Source: Strigamia acuminata
Taxonomy: Eukaryota
Direction: 5' to 3'
Length of the DNA: 64,000 nt
Assembly (NCBI GenBank): GCA_949358305.1
Contig: OX442314.1
Location: forward strand, 12,772,001 to 12,836,000
This document shows, one piece after another, positions 1-12,456 of the stretch. Below the pieces are notes generated by a model. That model worked only from the letters and a program-made list of their open reading frames with translations, was not told the origin of the DNA and did not search any database. How positions within the stretch are numbered: the stretch's first letter is position 1; each line of letters starts with the position of its first letter. The position numbers and the translations under genes are program-made.

Positions 1-574
1 AGTTGCATCGATACTATGCAAAACAATGGGAAAAATAACTATGCTAAGATTGTACAATATTAGTCAAATCAATATTTGGCAAATTGGCTTTTACTGCCCA
101 ATGTTGGAAAGTTTACAATTGAATAATTGTTCCATCAGCGCCGATACAACTAATTGTGACAATTTAGAACACGTCAACAATCATCAGCCATTCAGAAATC
201 TACGTACACTACAAATTCTTGAACGACAGATGAATCAACCAGATGTACTAACCATAACCAAACATATTTTGCAAATGTTGTTGGTAAATTCCATCAATTT
301 AAAGAGCCTACGTGTTAGTAGAATTCAACCTTTTTCGGATAGCTTCATTACAGAGCTCATCGAATTAAATTTACTGCAAAATCTCAGTGAGCTTTTCATT
401 ACCGAGTGTCACTCGATTAGTTCTGAAACAGTTTTAAAATTGCTTGCTACGAAAAATCCCCTAAATGTTTTCTATATTATTCATTGCCGTAATATCGACA
501 AACCAGCTTGTGACATAATTAGAAATTATGTTCAAAGTCAGAATTTGGATCTTGAGCTTACGATGGGTGTGTGA
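1..574 (+). CDS. 3' part of a BC-box LRR family gene (5' end lies outside the window)
   Basis: Open frame IWQIGFYCPMLESLQL...YVQSQNLDLELTMGV*, collinear with the C-terminal half of the paralogues at 1341 and 18631. Confidence 0.85.
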   Translation, partial: VASILCKTMGKITMLRLYNISQINIWQIGFYCPMLESLQLNNCSISADTTNCDNLEHVNNHQPFRNLRTLQILERQMNQPDVLTITKHILQMLLVNSINLKSLRVSRIQPFSDSFITELIELNLLQNLSELFITECHSISSETVLKLLATKNPLNVFYIIHCRNIDKPACDIIRNYVQSQNLDLELTMGV

Positions 575-869
575 ATTACCTCTTAAAGCAATTACCGGTA
601 CTATAATATCCAAAAGAATAAATAAAGTAAATTTATCTCGTTTAGATCAATTAAGCAAACTTTAAGAATTTATTTCATTTTTCACAAGTGTTACTAATTC
701 TGCATTGTTTTATCACATCTTCTTTCAAACAATTGAACAGGGGTCCATAAAATCTCTCGATAATTTGAAAACTTTATTAAAATTACTAAAAAATAATCAG
801 ATATTTTTGAAACTTGTACATAACATAACATAACGTAACGTATTTACCGCTTTCATCTGTGTAACCTAC

Positions 870-1065
870 GTCAACAATGTGTTGATAGATATTATTAACC
901 AATACGATTGGAAAATTAGTAAGATCGCGGCTTATTTCGTTGTAATGGTTGATCTGAGTAAAGATGATTAAAATCAAGACAGTCAAGATGGTCAAGAATA
1001 AAAATATAAAGAATCAAGATCTTGATCTGTATTTTTATCTGTATCCAACTCGCGTAGGCTCGATA
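870..1065 (-). pseudogene. N-terminal fragment of a minus-strand LRR paralogue
   Basis: Encodes SSLREL, then foreign acidic sequence, then HYNEISRDLTNFPIVLVNNIYQHIVD and is truncated. Near-copy of 11700-11895. Confidence 0.7.
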
Positions 1066-1340
1066 CATTTAAGCACAGATTCACTGAACTGTAATCATTC
1101 CACTGACCATCTGGTATCACAACACGCCCAAAGTAACACCTACACGCAAGGTCCTGGCACCAGTAGAAGAGATTTTTTAGATCAAGGGGCATCCAACTAA
1201 AATTCGAACACTCCAATCAAATTTTTTAAATTTATTACGGTACATTACAACGTTTGCTAAACGTTACAAATTGTCACGTATATACGGTAGTTTGCCTTCA
1301 TTTAAACTATGGTTCACTGAGCTGTAACCATTCCCACGAC

Positions 1341-2657
1341 ATGCCGTTTAAGAAATCCGCATCGAGTTTGGAAGAATTGTGTTTGAAATCAATCTTAGCA
1401 CATTACCACGAGATACGCCATGATCTTATTCATTTTCCTATCGTATTGGTTAACAATATACACCAACACTTTGTTGAAAGTACGGTAGAAAGAAGCGGAG
1501 CGTGGGATACATCTCATAAAGGAAAAAATTATCGTTTGCATTCGGATGATTTTATTCGTCCAGGCACAAGATCGTTAAGCTGTTTGTACTGGTTTTACGA
1601 TCTGCCTGCGCACAAACTTGTAGATAAAATAACCCGCGTTTGTAAAAACCTGTCAGATGTAGACTTATCAGGTAATGCGATTCCACCCAAATTTGTAATT
1701 ACATTAGTACAACATTTACCCAGCATTCGACGTCTTCACTTGGGTCCAACCACTGGGATCACAGATTTGATTTCAGCCAAGATGTTTACGAGAAACGTGA
1801 AAATTGAATATTTAAACATTTGCGCTACCGACGTTACAGTAAATGGATGTTTACAACTCGTAAAAAATCTGCCACTTCTAAAAAAAATAATTGTTGATCA
1901 CCAGATGTGGGGAAAATTATTTCGACTCCTAAAACAAGATTTTTATCGCAGCAAAAAGTTGAATACATATTCTCTCGAAAGTTTAAGTTTCGATGATTGG
2001 ACAGGGGACGATCTCAGCATAGTTCCACAAATGTTTCCTAATTTACGCAAGATTACCTTTTATCCAAGCTTCTACATAAACTATTTAAATGTTGCATCAA
2101 TACTATGCAAAACAATGGAAAGAATAACTAAGCTAGGATTGGACCAAATTATTCTGATCAATATTCGGCAAATTGGCTTTTACTGCCCAATGTTGGAACG
2201 TTTAGAAATGACTAATTGTTCCATGAGCGCTGAAACAACTAATTATGTCAATTTAGAACACGTCAACAATCATCAGCTATTTAAAAATCTACGTATACTA
2301 AAAATTCATGAGCGACGAATGAATTCTCAACAAGATGTTCTAACTGAACAACATTTGCAAATGTTGTTCGTAAATTCCGTCAATTTAAAGAGCCTTAGTG
2401 TTAGTAGATGTCAACCTTTTTCGGATAGCTTCATTACAGAGCTCATCGATTTAAATTTACTGCAAAATCTCATGGATATTACCATTTACGAGTGTCATTC
2501 AATTAGTTCTGCAATAGTTTTAAGATTGCTTGCTGCGAAAAATCCTCTCAATGTTTTCTATATTGTTCATTGCCGTAATATCAACACACGAGCTCGTGCC
2601 ATAATTACACATTATGTTCAAAGTCAGAATTTAGATGTCAAACTTAATTTGTTATAG
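1341..2657 (+). CDS. Intronless RNI-like LRR protein with N-terminal BC-box/Cul2-box (candidate CRL2 substrate receptor), 438 aa
   Basis: ATG at 1341 (cacgacATG, same context as 18591 and 45593). SLEELCLKSI fits the BC-box (S-L-x3-C-x3-I) and FPIVLVNNI fits the Cul2-box, followed by LxxLxL repeats. Confidence 0.85.
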   Translation: MPFKKSASSLEELCLKSILAHYHEIRHDLIHFPIVLVNNIHQHFVESTVERSGAWDTSHKGKNYRLHSDDFIRPGTRSLSCLYWFYDLPAHKLVDKITRVCKNLSDVDLSGNAIPPKFVITLVQHLPSIRRLHLGPTTGITDLISAKMFTRNVKIEYLNICATDVTVNGCLQLVKNLPLLKKIIVDHQMWGKLFRLLKQDFYRSKKLNTYSLESLSFDDWTGDDLSIVPQMFPNLRKITFYPSFYINYLNVASILCKTMERITKLGLDQIILINIRQIGFYCPMLERLEMTNCSMSAETTNYVNLEHVNNHQLFKNLRILKIHERRMNSQQDVLTEQHLQMLFVNSVNLKSLSVSRCQPFSDSFITELIDLNLLQNLMDITIYECHSISSAIVLRLLAAKNPLNVFYIVHCRNINTRARAIITHYVQSQNLDVKLNLL

Positions 2658-3028
2658 TGCAGAATTCTAGACATTTCGAAAAATTTATTAAAATTAAAAT
2701 TACTCTTTGTCTTAATTGATCTCCAAAATAAGAAACATAACAAGAATAAAAACTTTAATAATAGCTTATTAATACGCAAAAAAAATTTATTTGTTTCCAG
2801 TGGAAACTTTCCACCTAACGTTAACTTGTAAAAAAAAATTAAAATTGTCCAAAGACTTTGTGAACATTTAAACTATCACAATATTGAATTAATTTTTAAA
2901 AAAATTAAAACATCAATTAAAAAAGTTAAATTTTGGATGGCAAAAATACAACCCAGGTGCAGAAAAAGGTTATTACTAATTAGACTTGTCATTTAAAGCT
3001 AAAGAACTAAGCTAAAAAAAATAACCAT

Positions 3029-3534
3029 CTCCTAAAACAAGATTTTTATCGCAGAAAAATGCCAAACCCATATTCGCTCGAAAGTTTTTATTTATTTGAG
3101 AATATATAGATGACAGTCACAGCATTGTAACACAAATGTTTCCGAATTTACGTCAAATTGATATTACAAAGATAAATCAACCCGGAAACAATTTTGGTGT
3201 TATTGTTGCATCGATACTGCACTTCATTTTCGAATGTTATTGTTAAATTCCATTAATTTAAAAACACTATCCTTTTATAATTGTCATCGTTTTTCCGATA
3301 GTTTGATCACTATGAGCTCATCGAATTGAATTTACTGCTAAATCTTAAGATGTTTTGTATTGCTAACCAGTTAGTTCTGCAATAGTTTTAAAATTGTTAG
3401 CAATGAAAAATCCACTAAATAATTTGTATATTCGTAGGTGCCAAAATATTGACAAAACAGCTTGTGATATGATTGCTGATTATGTTCAAAGTGAGAATTT
3501 GGATATTAATCTTGATCTTCGACGTCACCATTAA
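3029..3534 (+). pseudogene. Degenerate, internally deleted LRR paralogue fragment
   Basis: LLKQDFYR, VTQMFPNLR and YVQSENLD motifs with frameshifts and a deletion. Confidence 0.75.
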
Positions 3535-3759
3535 ATTACTACTACTCTTACGTAAGTTATTTATCCTTTAAATTTTTTTTTTATTAAGACTGAAGGAATA
3601 AATTATTTCCATAACTTCAAGTCACTAAGTCCAAACAACAATTCCTGTCCATAATTCAGATTAAGAAAAAATTATTAAATTATTATTAAATTAAAAATTA
3701 TTCGAAAATTAAATAAAATATATTTTTAGTTAAATTACTTTTTCGCTCTAACCCAAAGT

Positions 3760-4035
3760 AAGAGCTGCAGCTCTTATTCAAAACGTGCATCCTGAGCTGC
3801 GGCTCTTAATCGAGGGCAGATCTTATTACAATTGTTATGTTGACCATATTTTGATTGGAATTTCAATTTTTTTATTGAAATTTCACTTTATTTTTAAATT
3901 TTCTATCCAAATAACTTAACCGTTTCCTGTTTTGTTACAAAGGCGGCTCTTATTTCAAACCACCTTTTTGAGGCGCGGCCACTATTCGAGGGCGGCTACA
4001 AAACGAGGGCGACTCTTAATCGAGAACATATGGTA
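3760..4035. mobile_element. Relic of a Tc1/pogo-type MITE end (GCGGC-x-TATTCGAGG subterminal repeats)
   Basis: Repeated gcggctcttatt/cgagggcg units ending AATCGAGAACATATGGTA. A better copy ends AATCGAGAAAATACGGTA at ~17752 and a fragment lies at 42720-42775. Confidence 0.4.
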
Positions 4036-4890
4036 TTTGTATTTTTAGGTCTTCATCTAAAAGTAACTGAAAAATTTAATCCCAACCAACAACAAATTAT
4101 GTTCAAAGTCGGAATTTGGATCTTGTTCTTGAACGGGACGTGATCTTATGGAAGACCTTGAAGAAGACGACGCAGATTGAAAAATCCACGTAAATCACAA
4201 TTCAGTGACTAACAAATTCAAAAAATAAAATTGATGTGCATCGTTCATTAAATTACTTTTTCTTATCTATTTATTCTCAATATTATCTCAATACAACCGA
4301 AGGAATAAATTATTTCCATAACATCCGAGTCATTCAAACCTAATCAACCATTTCTGTAATTTCCCCAGTTTGACTCCTTTATTCAGAATTACACCATTGA
4401 GGTGTAAATATTACACCTTTAGGCCTGTACACCTTTGAGCATAAACTTACTCATAAAGGTGTAAATTATTTCTCCTAAACAGTTACTTTACTTAGTATTT
4501 TCAAAAAATTTAAAGAAACGTTGTAGAAAAAATAAAAACAAAAATAGTAGTGTAAATTGTATATATTTTAATTATGGCAGCAACATTTTGTACAAGTGCT
4601 TAACTGTTCTACGTTTTTTGTCTGGTCTATCTTTTAATACAGTTGTTAGGTCAAGACAAGAGACCGGGTCAAGATTGATACCATTGAATCTCAATGGATT
4701 TTTATGCTACTTGCTTGGTAAACTTAAAACAACTGAGTAATTTTTTTTTGTCCACAACTGTACTATAACGTTCGGCAAACGTTTATCATTTTTCACGTGA
4801 ACAGTACGTCTACTGGTTCTATTTAGTATTTATGTAAGCGGTGGTTCAGAATCACTAAACTGTATAGCTGTTCTACTGACCTGATATCAC

Positions 4891-5169
4891 AATTTAAAGA
4901 GTCTACGTGTTAGTAGATGTCAACCTTTTTCGGATGGCTTCATTATAGAGCTCATCAAATTAAATTTACTGCAAAATCTCAGTGAGCTTTTCATAACCGA
5001 GTGTCACTCGATTAGTTCTGAAACAGTTTTAAAATTGCTTGCTATGAAAAATCCCCTAAATGTTTTCTATATTCTTCGTTGCCGTAATATCGACAAACCA
5101 GCTTGTGACATCATTAATAATCATGTTCAAAATCAGAATTTGGATCTTGATATTATTTTGGGAGTGTGA
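4891..5169 (+). pseudogene. C-terminal LRR fragment left by a ~1 kb deletion
   Basis: NLKSLRVSRCQPFSD...QNQNLDLDIILGV* is fused directly to sequence matching the 5' flank just upstream of the ATG at 18591. Confidence 0.75.
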
Positions 5170-5764
5170 ATTACCGGTAATATAATATCCAAAAGAATAA
5201 ATAAAGTAAATTTATCTCGTTTAGATCAATTAAGCAAACTTTAAGAATTTATTTCATTTTTCATCTCAATAATGGCCATTTATATCCCTTACTTTTGGTA
5301 CGATACACAGTATCTTTCGTATAACCCCACAAGAAGAAGTCCAGGGGTTTTATGGCTGTAGAACGAGCAGGCCAGGTTCTTATGGAGAACTTTGTGAATT
5401 ATTCTTACTTACGAAGCAGCCATTTTTGTACACTTTTCCTTTTAAAATTATTTCTGTCTTAATTGATCTCCAAATAAGAAACTTAACAAGAATAAAAACT
5501 TTAATAGCTTATTAATAGGCAAAAAAAATTATTTTGTTCCCACCTAATGTTAACTTGTAAAAAAAAATGTGAAAATGGTCTAAAAGACTTTGTGAACAGA
5601 AAAAAAAATGATTTTTGGATGTCAAAAAGACAACCCAGTTGCGGAAAAGAGTTAAAGAATTAAGCTATTGTCAGAATAAGTTGTTTCAACACAGATTGAA
5701 CAAACGCTCAATTCTAAACTGTTTAACATTGGACAGAACGTGCTAATTTGCCGAATATTGACTG

Positions 5765-6474
5765 TGTGGCGATGAATTCACCGACATTAGAATAGTCCTA
5801 GGCATGTGAGAGACTCGAGAGAAGATATACCATTGTTTTAAAAAGTATAACAATTTATTTACAATAATAAAGAAAAGTAAAAAAAGGCTTAATCGATTTC
5901 TTCTAACTCTAAAAATGGCTTTGAATTGGCAAAAGGAACGGACTCACATGGATGATTCTGGTTCTTCATTCTGGATTCCACAGCTTGAATGATGGTCCGC
6001 GTGGCCATTGGTTGATTGGACGATTCGCGTCGCACAAACGTCGCACAAAAGGAGTCCGCGTGGTCGCTGGCCGATTGGGCGGTTCGCGTCGCACAGACGT
6101 CGCACAAACGTTCGCAAACTATCGGATTCTCTTCTAGATGTTCGAACGGACCATGATATTTGAACGGACACGTACTGGCGTCGAATCGTCAGTCCTCTCC
6201 TTGGTTCTCTCCACCGCGTGGTGAATATCTCGATACGATCGACGTGGCTGCTTGGCTTGAAGGAATCTGCTCGAGCGAGGTTCTTTTGTTGAGGCCCACT
6301 TTTATAATCCGGTCTGGATTATCTTCCTTGGCCAATCATGGACTGGACCAATTGGCAACTTGGCTCCCTGAGGCCAAGTGCCAATGACTGTAAGTGGCCA
6401 ATATGTGAACCAATTTTTAAGGTTTCTTGAAATTTGGGTGTTTTGAAGTTTCTGGGGCTTTTATTATTGCCACA
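5765..6474 (-). repeat. 3' LTR (710 bp)
   Basis: TGTGGC...GCCACA termini; minus-strand TATAAAA (~6300) and AATAAA (~5855); adjacent PPT. Confidence 0.92.
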
Positions 6475-7529
6475 AATCCCTCCCCCCTTAGTTCTGTTGT
6501 TTGTCCCCAAACAACCATAATGCAACATGAATCCATGATGCGAAGACCAATTCCAAATGCCAATAATTAAACCATGCCTTCAATGTGAAAGCTTAGAGTT
6601 AAACATAATTAAAACACATGAAAAACACTAAAATAAATTGCATAAAAAGAAACACTAAAACCAAAAACACAAGAAAAACACTCAATTAAAACACATAAAA
6701 AGGAAACACTAAAACAAAAACACATGAAAAATACTCAAATAAAACACATAAAAACACGTGAAAAACACTCGAATAAAACACTTAAAAACATGAAAAACAC
6801 TTAAAAAGCACTTAATGTCTGTGATCGTCCTTTTCTTCTTTCTCTCTTCATTCTACATTGCGTTGTGTAATGTTTTGTCATCAATTGTTTTTCTACACTT
6901 TGCCAATGCCATATCACTTTAAGCCAACTCTCATAATAACTAAACAGAACTCAAAAGAAATCAAAACACTTAACAAAAATAATTCTTGACCAATGAATAC
7001 CCAAAAAAAACTTGACAGTTACCAAAAAAATTCTCAATCACTTGACAAATAAACACACAAAAACCAAAACAAAAAGAACTTGAACTTGACACAAAAAAAT
7101 TGCCCGAACAGGGGCTTGAACAACAACTTTTATTTACACTTTACCAATTAGGTTTCTCTCCCTATCCCGCCTTTCTGAGTCTGGACTTAAATTTGGCCTC
7201 TTTAAACCATTCAAAAGAATTTATTCACAACAATTGTGGGTTGTTGCAAAAATCCTTGGTTTCATACATAAACTCTAACTTTATGGCAACTTCGGCTGTA
7301 TTAGAGTGAACAGCGTCACTGTTGCCGGTGACCACATAATCTTTATCAGCTTTCCCGGCTGTGTCGATCACCTTATCATTTTCAGCTTTCCCGGCTGTTT
7401 CTTTATTTTGTCATTATCAGCTTTCCCGGCTGTTTTTCCATAATTTCTTTATTTTCTTTATTTTCCTTAAGTTCTTTATATTCTTTAGCTTCCTTAAATT
7501 CTTTATATTCTTTGGTTTTCCTAAATTCC

Positions 7530-8449
7530 TTATTGTCTCAGATTGGATGCTGACCTGGTCTTCTCACATCGTTTGAAGATGTGCCCCCTTTGCTTGCACG
7601 CATTGCAGTACCACTCAGCCTGTGGTATCTGACAAGAGCCAGCGTAATGGCCTAAATGCCCACACCGATAACAAACTATGTCGTCTGAATTTGTGGTGTT
7701 CTTACTCTGGAACGTGTCACCCACATGGTAAGAACCACTAGACTGAGGGGCACTTGTCTGCTTATTCAAGCTCGCTATCAGCGCATCCAATTTCTCGCTC
7801 AAAAGTTCAACGTCTGATTTCTGTTTGGGTTTGGGTTTGGGTTGTCTCACAGAAGAGACCTCTAAATCCTCCAGCGTTGTGGTTGCCAATTTTGCCAAGT
7901 GCGCCCTTTCGACTTCTTGGTTCGACGCCCACTCCACTGCGGTCTTGAAGCTTTTAAATGTGCCGTGTTGGCACACTGCTTCAGCGATTATTCCTTTCAG
8001 TCCGGCTCTAAACTTTGACAGCAGCATTCTGTCTTTCATCTCGTCAGTGAACAGGAAGGTCTTGTTTGACCAGCAACTCTGGCCGCAAAGGCGCTGACGT
8101 TCTCTCCTTTGCGTTGTTCAGCCCGATAGAATTTTTCCATCATGGCTTCAGCCGTCTCCTCTTGGCCAAAACGACCGCGGAGCAACGTCTGAAACTCTTC
8201 TAGCACGGCACAGCCAGACGCGGAGCTGAAGGTATTTAGCCAAGTGCGCGCCTCATCCACCATCTTTGAGCGCATAACGCTGCAAGTAAATGATTCGGAC
8301 CACTTGTTTGCGGTGGCTATGTTGGCTGACTCAGAGATAAAACTCTGCACACTTGCTCCCGTCTTACTGTTCCCCGTAAACTTGGGGACTAGGGCCATAA
8401 GGGCCACAACAGGGATGGCCACTGCTGGAGCGGCTGGTGGATCGGCCAT
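7530..8449 (-). pseudogene. gag: Retrotransposon gag with two CCHC zinc knuckles, frameshifted near 8070
   Basis: VPKFTG...W...RF...AEQRKGENVSAFAARV (capsid/MHR-like) in one frame; LLSKFRAGL...CYRCGHLGHYAGSC and CNACKQRGHIFKRC in another. Confidence 0.85.
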
Positions 8450-8464
8450 AACTTGAGATGACTC

Positions 8465-9410
8465 AATCAAAATTCGAAACCAGAAAAATTCAAATTCCCA
8501 AAAAAATTCAAATTCCAAAAAAAAATTCAAAATTCAAAAATTCAAAATTCAAAGTTCAAATCCAAAAAATTCATGCTCAAAAACTTTCAAAAATTAAAAA
8601 AAAAATTCAGAATTTAAAAAGGTTCAAATTCAAAAAATTCAAAATTCAAACTAATTCAAGATTAAAAAAAAATTCAAAATTGAAAAGAATTCAAAATTCA
8701 AAAATTCAAAATTCAAAACCTTCAATTTCAAAAAAATTCACAAAAATTTAAAATTCAAAAATTTCAAATTCAATATCCATATTCAAAAAGAATTTCAAAA
8801 ATCCAAAAAAATTCAAAATTCAAAAAAAATTTAAGATTTCAAGTTTATAATCAATTCATAATTCATAATCAAACACTAATTCAAAAGTTTAAATCCAAAA
8901 AAATTTTCTCCCCCAAAAAAAACTCAAAGGTCAAGTATTCAAAGTATTCAAAGGCTAAACTCAGGGGTCAAAATTACTAATCTCTTGTCTTGTCTCTATG
9001 CCAACTGACCCATATAAATTTCCTGTACTGATCCTCTTAAACAATGACTCAACAAAAAAAATAAAAAACATGGCCAACATAAAGTAAAAATGTGGATAAA
9101 AAAATGGCGAAAATGGTCAAAAACGGTTAAACACTGGCCGAATGTGTTAAAAAACGGTCAAACAATGGCCAAATTCATTCAAAAACGTTAAAAACGTCAA
9201 AAACGCTAAAATTAGGCTAAAAACCGTCAAAAATGGTTAAACAATGACCAAATACATTTTAAAAAACGGTCAAAAACAGTCAAAAACGCTAAAATTTGGC
9301 CAAAAACGTTTAAATACGATCAAAAATCGGCCAAAACGGCCAAAAACGATCAAAAATTGGCCAAAAATCGGCCAAAAATTGGCCAAAAATCGGCCAAAAA
9401 CAAACAAAAA
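8465..9410. repeat. Low-complexity tandem repeats in the LTR element leader (AAAATTC-like, then AAAAACGGTC/AAAAATTGGCC-like)
   Basis: Directly visible degenerate 7-11 bp periodicity. Confidence 0.7.
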
Positions 9411-9466
9411 CGGATCAGCTAAACATAACAGGTCAGATCCAACAAGTGGACTGGTCTCGGCACCAT

Positions 9467-11050
9467 TGTGGCGATGAATTCACCGACATTAGAATAGTCC
9501 TAGGCATGTGAGAGACTCGAGAGAAGATATACCATTGTTTTAAAAAGTATAACAATTTATTTACAATAATAAAGAAAAGTAAAAAAAGGCTTAATCGATT
9601 TCTTCTAACTCTAAAAATGGCTTTGAATTGGCAAAAGGAACGGACTCACATGGATGATTCTGGTTCAGTGTTGTGCGCGGTCCGCGGTCCTGGTACCGCG
9701 GTCGCGGTCCGCGGTCCTGTTCCGGCAGCTAAAAAGAACCGCGGTCTCGGTCCGCGGTCCCACGAGCGGTACCGCGTTCCCGGTCCGCGGTCCACTGTGG
9801 ATCGCGGACCGGGAACGCGGTCCCGGTCCAGGACCGGGACCGCGTTTTTGCGGTACATCTCGCGGTCCACGAGAAAACACGAGATCTTCTCGTGTTTTCT
9901 CGTGGATCGCGAGATTATACCGCAAAATACGAGAATATCGTAGTTTTATCGCGTTTTCAACTTAAAATTTGATATTTAATAATTTATTTAAAAAAGCAGA
10001 GAGCAGAGAGATGAAAAATTAGCACGACAAGTCGTGCAAAAGTTTGGGAAAACGAGGTTCAGTTCGCTAATGGCGTCGCACGGCCCGTGCGAACGTTAGC
10101 GATACGGTACGGCGTCTGTACGACGCGCGAGGAACGAATGCACTTATAATAGGCGTGCAATGAAACGAGAATGGACTTTAAAGTATATATAATGTTTATT
10201 AAATATCAAATTTTAAGTTGAAAACGCGATAAAACTAGGATAATCTCGTATTTTGCGGTATAATCTCGCAATCCACGAGAAAATACAAGAAGATCTCGTG
10301 TTTTCTCGTGGACCGCGAGATGTACCGCAAAAGCGGTCCGCGGTCCACGGATTTATAAAAAGAGCGCGGTCCCGGTCCGCGGTCCTGGACCGGCCTCTTA
10401 AAAGGAGCGCGGTCCCGGTCCGCGGTCCTAGACCGGCCTTTTAAAAGGAGCGCGGTCACGGTCCGCGGTCCGGGACCGCGGACCGGCGGTCCTGGATCGC
10501 CGGTCCGAGACCGGGACCGCGCACAACACTGTTCTGGTTCTTCATTCTGGATTCCACAGCTTGAATGATGGTCCGCGTGGCCATTGGTTGATTGGACGAT
10601 TCGCGTCGCACAAACGTCGCACAAAAGGAGTCCGCGTGGTCGCTGGCCGATTGGGCGGTTCGCGTCGCACAGACGTCGCACAAACGTTCGCAAACTATCG
10701 GATTCTCTTCTAGATGTTCGAACGGACCATGATATTTGAACGGACACGTACTGGCGTCGAATCGTCAGTCCTCTCCTTGGTTCTCTCCACCGCGTGGTGA
10801 ATGTCTCGATACGATCGACGTGGCTGCTTGGCTTGAAGGAATCTGCTCGAGCGAGGTTCTTTTGTTGAGGCCCACTTTTATAATCCGGTCTGGATTATCT
10901 TCCTTGGCCAATCATGGACTGGACCAATTGGCAACTTGGCTCCCTGAGGCCAAGTGCCAATGACTGTAAGTGGCCAATATGTGAACCAATTTTTAAGGTT
11001 TCTTGAAATTTGGGTGTTTTGAAGTTTCTGGGGCTTTTATTATTGCCACA
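9467..11050 (-). repeat. 5' LTR (710 bp plus an 874 bp nested insertion)
   Basis: Matches 5765-6474 except for the insertion and one substitution I could see (gaatatct vs gaatgtct). Confidence 0.92.
9666..10531. mobile_element. hAT-type MITE nested in the 5' LTR
   Basis: TIR CAGTGTTGTGCGCGGTCC...GGACCGCGCACAACACTG; 8-bp TSD TTCTGGTT (9658-9665, 10532-10539). The empty site is present in the other LTR at ~5956. Imperfect inverted arms of ~320 bp are rich in CGCGGTCC. Confidence 0.92.
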
Positions 11051-11895
11051 ACTGCAATAATCTTGCTCAGAGTTATATTAGTTAGTCGTTCCACTGTTTT
11101 GCTTAGTATCGATGCAACTATAGCACTAAAACAGTTCCTCGGTGAAGTTGCCATCAAGATAATCTTACGCAAATTCGGAAACATTTGTGTAACAATGCCG
11201 AGATCCTTTTCTGCCCAATTACGCAGTCTAAGACTTTCGAGAGAATACGAGTGACGCATTTCGTTGCGAGTAAAGTTTTCTTTTAGGAGTGTAAATAAGT
11301 CCCTCCACTTCCAGGGATCACAATCTAATTCTTTGAGACGAGGCAGATCTTTTACGAGTTGTAAACACCCATTTACTGTAGCTTCGGTAAAACAAATGTT
11401 TAAATATTCCACTTTTACGCTCCTCATAATCATGAAATGAAATCTGTGATCTCGGTGTTTCCTTCGAGGTCGAGACGTCGGATGCTTGGTAAATGTTTCG
11501 CCAATGTTAGTACGCTTTCCGAAATCACCTCCTGGTGTGACAAGTCTAGCTCTACTTGATTTTTATAAACGTGGGTTATTTTATCCACAAGTTCGTCCGT
11601 CGATAGATCGTAAAACCGGTTCAAGCAGCGTAAAGATCTCGTGCCAGGACGAATAAAATCATCCGAATGCAAACAATGGTAATGATTATCGATTTCATCT
11701 ACAATGTGTTGATAGATATTATTAACCAATACGATTGGAAATTTTATAAGATCGCGGCTAATTTCGTTATAATGCTTGATCTGAGTGAAGATGATTAAAA
11801 TCAAGAGGTCAAGATGGTCCAGAATAAAGATATAAAGAATCAAGATCTTGATCTGTATTTTTATCTGTATCCAACTCGCGTAGGCTCTATACATT
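11051..11895 (-). pseudogene. Minus-strand LRR paralogue split by the LTR element (continues at 5764 to ~5670)
   Basis: FPIVLVNNIYQH...LHSDDFIRPGTRSL...VTQMFPNLRK. Removing the element rejoins LSKIIA/VNIRQISTFCPML, as in the fragment at 15250-15310. Frameshift near 11430. Confidence 0.8.
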
Positions 11896-12456
11896 TAAGC
11901 ACAGATTCACTGAACTGTAACCATTCCACTAACCATCTGGTATCACAACACGCCCAAAGTAACACCTACACGCAGGGTCCTGGCACCAGTAGAAGAGATT
12001 TTTTTTAGATCGAGGGCATCCGACTAAAATTCGAACACTCCAATCAAATTTTTTAAATTTATTACGGTTCATTACAACGTTTGCTAAAAGTTACAAATAG
12101 TTTGCCTTCATTTAAACTATGGTTCACTGAGCTGTAACCATTCCCACGTCATGCCGTTTAAGAAATCCGCATCGAGTTTGAAAGAATTGTGTTTGAAATC
12201 AATCTTAGCACATTACCACGATATACGCCATCATATTATTCATTTTCCTATCGTATTGGTTAACAATATATACCAACACTTTGTTGAAAGTACGGTAGAA
12301 AGAAGCGGAGCGTGGGATACATCTCATAAAAGAAAAAATTATCGTTTGCATTCGGATGATTTTATTCGTCCAGGCACAAGATCGTTAAGCCGTTTGTACT
12401 GGTTTTACGATCTGCCTGCGCACAAACTTGTAGATAAAATAACCCTCGTTTGTAAA

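Larger units (their letters stand above)
5765..11050 (-). mobile_element. Non-autonomous gag-only LTR retrotransposon (Gypsy-like)
   Basis: Two near-identical TG...CA LTRs and a 4-bp TSD ACTG (5761-5764, 11051-11054). PBS TGGTGCCGAGACC (tRNA-Phe-like) at ~9453-9465 and PPT GGGGGGAGGG at ~6478-6487, both on the minus strand. gag is present; no pol is visible. Confidence 0.92.

Noticed and set aside
1254..1340. N-terminal extension of the LRR ORF from the TTG start (and similarly 42486)
   Set aside because: Paralogues share an ATG at MP(F/N/R); the upstream in-frame sequence is not conserved.
1341..1460. F-box domain
   Set aside because: The motif fits the BC-box plus Cul2-box pattern better than the LP.E/.L..IF..L F-box consensus.
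6475..7530. pol or env downstream of gag
   Set aside because: No protease, RT or integrase motifs; only short repeats and T/A-rich sequence.
8036..8100. Programmed ribosomal frameshift in gag
   Set aside because: No slippery heptamer, and the break lies within the capsid region; more likely an indel.
8458..9477. Lys-rich ORFs in the LTR element
   Set aside because: Low-complexity leader repeats on the strand opposite gag.
9617..10747. Arg/Pro/Gly-rich ORFs
   Set aside because: They arise from GC-rich CGCGGTCC repeats of the MITE and LTR.
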